From Silanimonas sp. (GTDB lineage Bacteria > Pseudomonadota > Gammaproteobacteria > Xanthomonadales > Xanthomonadaceae): a stretch of 64,000 nt of DNA. The stretch spans positions 3,674 to 67,673 of the forward strand of contig JAPZTL010000027.1 of NCBI GenBank assembly GCA_027532825.1, read 5' to 3'. Position 1 is the stretch's first letter. Every line of letters starts with the position of its first letter. Below are positions 60,401 through 64,000 of the stretch, in pieces. Under the pieces are notes generated by a model. It did no database searches. It was not told the origin of the DNA and saw only the letters and a list, made by a program, of their open reading frames with translations. A program made the translations under genes and the position numbers.

Positions 60401-60971
60401 CATGCTCGACCGCTGCCTCGCGGTGCCCCTGCCGACCGGTGGCAGCACGCCCTGCACGCTCGGCACCCTGTCGACTGCGCGACAGGCGCATGAGCTCGCC
60501 TTCCAGTTCCACATCGACGAGGCCTCGATGGCGGACCTGCGCCGCCTCGCCGCCGCGCACGGCGAACCTTCGCTGATCCCCGAAGGCCCGTTGGACCGGC
60601 TGCGCGGCGCCATGGTCGGCGCCATCGACCTCGTGTTCGAACACGACGGGCGTTTCCACGTGCTCGACTACAAGACCAACGCGCTGCCCTCGCCGGCCGA
60701 CTACGCACCCGAAGCGCTGGTGGCGGCGATGGATGCGCAGCACTACCGCTTCCAGGCCTTCCTCTACACCCTCGCCGTGCATCGCCACCTGCGCCAGCGC
60801 CTTCGCGACCGCTACGCCTACGCCACCCACGTCGGCCCCGCGATCTACCTGTTCGTTCGCGCCGCTGGCCTCGCCCCCGAGGTCGCGCCCGGGCTCGGGC
60901 TGTGGTCGCAACACTTCGCGGAGGCGCTGGTTCTCGGCGCGGACCGCCTCTTCGCCGGAGCTTCGGCATGA
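57414..60971 (+). CDS. recB: exodeoxyribonuclease V beta subunit
   Basis: ASAGTGKT, VDEFQDTD, GDPKQAIYGFRG, TLHASKGLEFP, YVALTRA, nuclease GAIDL...DYKTN. Confidence 0.96.
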   Translation: MSAALDWTTAPLQGRLQIDASAGTGKTWTIAALYLRLLLDDADGRARPLPEQVVVSTFTEAAAQELGARLRQRVEEALRWSQAPLAPPAAGAEDPVRAWVRQRWDASPGRREADRTHLLAALAQLDRAPIGTLHGLCHRILSAHPLESEQGFQPLALGDGRRVLEAMARDLLRRIGAGEPPAHARDLPKRCSTLEGLTTAIAALLQPGVVVTKPPTHEALRASVTPWLDAQLRALANLDGNYTRKNAAPYTQALAVVAFLDGGPVLPLKLDALAGDGEPSSLVLEPARVILLDPAFRTAMRGFAATVEQATNAERAFWAWWWPQLRAMQRAHSLEIGERGFDGLIEQVSRVMRAPDSPLPDAVFARWPMALVDEFQDTDGAQYALLDRLYRDRDGAKRGLLAMVGDPKQAIYGFRGGDITAYLAACRDADAVLRLGTNQRSSTPYVTACNTLFDGDRARLGTGGTPIAYTPVQAAGRADAKPLFENGQPIAAPLVFHHHDAAQPNSLMRPRAIEACAALVVDLLASRRHRLNGRLLQPGDIAVLLVSNAEVSALRRALQRHGVPCAGQGRQTVFDSEWARDLLIALHAVRHPGDAGALRAALLTPLFGLQPAYLPALEANGELDAWRERFVALRQRWSRAGVLAVVQALIDLALPVLARRDEKDGERALTDLRHLGELLQQEAEAGHSPGALLDWMRAQREDEEAMAGDERSLRLESDAKRVRLMTLHASKGLEFPVVLLPTLWAHEHRAPKAPTIASQDDDGRRAAVFEASAMKDAKEALQDERFRLLYVALTRAEQACHVFTLPPGRPAKRGVSSAKADPDRSALDALLSRWPDDARGGPGIAWRQGWPAPPASRDVTHDEASPAAEAVPPAPIGFRLPGRYSFSALSGHGERRHVEASAADDERSAVPEGEMTPDATAAPSPTVDADAAATWQALATVRGTGFGQAVHELFEAREPGQRFMTDPSRVLRALAQHAVRTADGSPLAAVVPLVAAMLDRCLAVPLPTGGSTPCTLGTLSTARQAHELAFQFHIDEASMADLRRLAAAHGEPSLIPEGPLDRLRGAMVGAIDLVFEHDGRFHVLDYKTNALPSPADYAPEALVAAMDAQHYRFQAFLYTLAVHRHLRQRLRDRYAYATHVGPAIYLFVRAAGLAPEVAPGLGLWSQHFAEALVLGADRLFAGASA

Positions 60972-62713
60972 GCGCCCAACCGCATCCGCTGATGCTCCGT
61001 TCCACCACCGGCCTGCCCGAACACTGGCGGCCCATCGACCGCCTGCTGCATCGCTGGGTGCTCGCCCACGGCGGTTCGAACGACCTCGCCCGGCTCGGCG
61101 GCGCGCTGAGCGCGGCGACGGGCGAAGGCCACAGCGCGCTCGCCGTCGAGGACGCGCTGCGCCTCGGCGCGCCGACGCTCGATCGCGACACGCTGGACGC
61201 CCTTGCCGGCCCATGGCTCGGACGGCCCGAGGACGACACGCCCTTCGTCCGCGATGGCGAGGTGCGTGTCTACCTGCGCCGCTACTGGAGGGCGGAAACC
61301 GCCATCGCCGACGCGGTCGCGGGGGCCGTGCGCGCCACGCTTCCCGTCGCCGCCACCGCCATCGACGACGCCATCTTGGACGACCTGTTCGGCGGGCCTG
61401 CAGCGCCCGACAGCGAACCCCAGCGCGAGGCGGTGCGGCGTTGCCTGCGCACGAGGCTGTTCGTGCTGACGGGCGGGCCGGGCACCGGCAAGACCACGAC
61501 CGTGCGGCGCATGCTGATCGCACGCCAGCGGCTGCAGGACGCGCCGCTGGCGGTGCGTGTCGCCGCGCCCACCGGCAAAGCGGCCCAGCGCTTGGCCGAA
61601 TCGCTGCGCGAAGGCGGCGGCCTGCAGGGCGACCCGGTGGCGCTCACGGTGCATCGCCTGCTCGAGGTCCAGCCGCGCGCACAGACCTTCGGCCGCCATC
61701 GCGACCGCCCGGTCGACGCCGACCTCGTCGTCGTCGACGAGGCCTCGATGCTGGACCTCGAAACCCTGCAGGCGCTGCTCGACGCCCTTCCACCGCACGC
61801 GGCGCTGTGGCTGGTCGGCGACGCCGACCAGCTCAGCCCGGTCGGGCCGGGCTCGGCGCTGCAGGACCTCGTGCAGGCCCTCGACGCGCTCGACCCGACG
61901 CCGCTGGTGCGGCTCGCGCACAGCTTCCGTGCCGACGGGGCGCTCTCGGTGGTGAACGGGGCGCTGCGCCGCGGTGACGGCGCGGCCCTTGCCGATGCGA
62001 TCGACCGCAGCGCGGGCGCGGTGCGCGTGCTTGGCACCACGACCCCTGCGGGGGTGCAGGCAGCCCTGCGCGACTGGGCCGAGGCCCTGGACGCCGAGGG
62101 ACCGATGCCCGACCTGCCGGCCGACCCGACCAGCGCCGCCGGCATCGCGACGACCGCCCTGCGGAGCCTTCGCGCCCGCCAGTGGCTGTGTGCCGTCCGC
62201 GAGGGCGCGTTCGGCAGCGTCGAGGCGAACCAGCGCCTCGATGCGGCCCTGCGCCGCCGCGCGGGACGTGCCGCACTGGGCGAGTGGTACCCCGGACGCC
62301 GCGTGCTGGTGACCCGCAACGACGCCGACACCGGCCTCTTCAATGGCGATGTCGGCCTCTGCCTCGCCGACGCCGACGGCCGCCTGCGCGTGTGGTTCGA
62401 AGCGTCGTCCGGCAGCGGCAGCGCGACCGTGCGCGCCCTGCCGCTTGGCGCATTGCCGGCGTTCGATCTCGCCTTCGCGCTCACCGTGCACAAGAGCCAG
62501 GGATCGGAGTACGGCGAGGTGGCGGTGCTGTTGCCCCCCGATCCGACGCACCGCGTGCTCTCGCGCGAACTGCTCTACACCGCCGCTTCGCGCGCCAAGC
62601 GCGCGCTCACCCTGCACGCCGAGGACCGCGTCATCGACGCCTGCCTCGCCCGCCCCGTGCGCCGCGCCGGAGGACTGCACATGCGGCTGGCCGAGGCCCT
62701 CGGACCGCGCTGA
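60968..62713 (+). CDS. recD: exodeoxyribonuclease V alpha subunit
   Basis: TGGPGTGKTT, APTGKAA, VDEASM, GDADQL, FALTVHKSQGSEY, RELLYTA. Confidence 0.96.
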   Translation: MSAQPHPLMLRSTTGLPEHWRPIDRLLHRWVLAHGGSNDLARLGGALSAATGEGHSALAVEDALRLGAPTLDRDTLDALAGPWLGRPEDDTPFVRDGEVRVYLRRYWRAETAIADAVAGAVRATLPVAATAIDDAILDDLFGGPAAPDSEPQREAVRRCLRTRLFVLTGGPGTGKTTTVRRMLIARQRLQDAPLAVRVAAPTGKAAQRLAESLREGGGLQGDPVALTVHRLLEVQPRAQTFGRHRDRPVDADLVVVDEASMLDLETLQALLDALPPHAALWLVGDADQLSPVGPGSALQDLVQALDALDPTPLVRLAHSFRADGALSVVNGALRRGDGAALADAIDRSAGAVRVLGTTTPAGVQAALRDWAEALDAEGPMPDLPADPTSAAGIATTALRSLRARQWLCAVREGAFGSVEANQRLDAALRRRAGRAALGEWYPGRRVLVTRNDADTGLFNGDVGLCLADADGRLRVWFEASSGSGSATVRALPLGALPAFDLAFALTVHKSQGSEYGEVAVLLPPDPTHRVLSRELLYTAASRAKRALTLHAEDRVIDACLARPVRRAGGLHMRLAEALGPR

Positions 62714-62716
62714 GCC

Positions 62717-62788
62717 GCGGAATCGCGGAATCGCGGAATCGCGGAATCGCGGAATCGGGGAATCGCGGAATCGCGGAATCGCGGAATC
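62717..62788. repeat. tandem repeat, 9 copies of 8-bp GCGGAATC (copy 6 is GGGGAATC)
   Basis: Read directly from the sequence; begins 4 nt after the recD stop. Confidence 0.97.
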
Positions 62789-62927
62789 TCTACATAACCG
62801 GTAGACATTCGCCGGGCGCTGGCGCGCAGGCCACCCTGAAAGCCCCGGGAGCCATGGCGCCCGTCGCCCATGCGACGTCGGATCCACGCCGTGCCTCCCC
62901 CCGACGCCTTTCCGGAGCACGACGACC

Positions 62928-64000
<1,073 letters not shown>

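Noticed and set aside
62717-62807. Tandem array plus TCTAC...GTAGA stem, resembling a CRISPR array or Cas12a repeat handle
   Set aside because: No unique spacers, 8-bp unit, a single stem copy and no cas genes in the window
62818-62825. GCTGGCGC, a Pseudomonas-type Chi-like octamer, near recD
   Set aside because: A single GC-rich octamer is expected by chance, and the Chi sequence of this organism is unknown
62826-62927. Possible riboswitch in the TonB receptor leader
   Set aside because: No cobalamin, TPP or SAM consensus elements recognised; an Rfam search would be needed

Overview
A 64-kb chromosomal segment of a very GC-rich gammaproteobacterium, most likely Xanthomonadales/Lysobacterales. 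The assignment is inferred from Ax21-type OMPs, oleABCD and the hemDXY-yiiD-rhodanese-secB-gpsA-ax21-trmL gene order. Most of it is housekeeping or envelope genes: glyoxylate shunt (aceB-aceA) with a divergent LysR, ECF sigma plus membrane partner, alpha-2-macroglobulin-pbpC, a GAF/PAS-GGDEF-EAL protein, the oleABCD olefin/beta-lactone cluster, icd, recCBD and the start of a TonB-dependent receptor. I saw no tRNA, rRNA, transposase, integrase or CRISPR array. The most interesting block is about 42.3-47.2 kb. It is a cluster of small general-stress genes (CsbD, entericidin, elaB/yqjE/yqjK-like, lmo0937-like) with two Crp/Fnr-family regulators. It carries four copies of a GTnYG-N4-CGnAC-like box. 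In three of them the box sits exactly 22 nt upstream of a GCG-preceded -10-like hexamer, i.e. centred at -41.5. This suggests a self-contained, autoregulated Crp-type stress regulon. Also notable are a 9 x 8-bp GCGGAATC tandem array between recD and the TonB receptor, tandem Ax21 paralogues, and an insertion-bearing NADP-IDH. Product names come from motif recognition only; no database searches were run.
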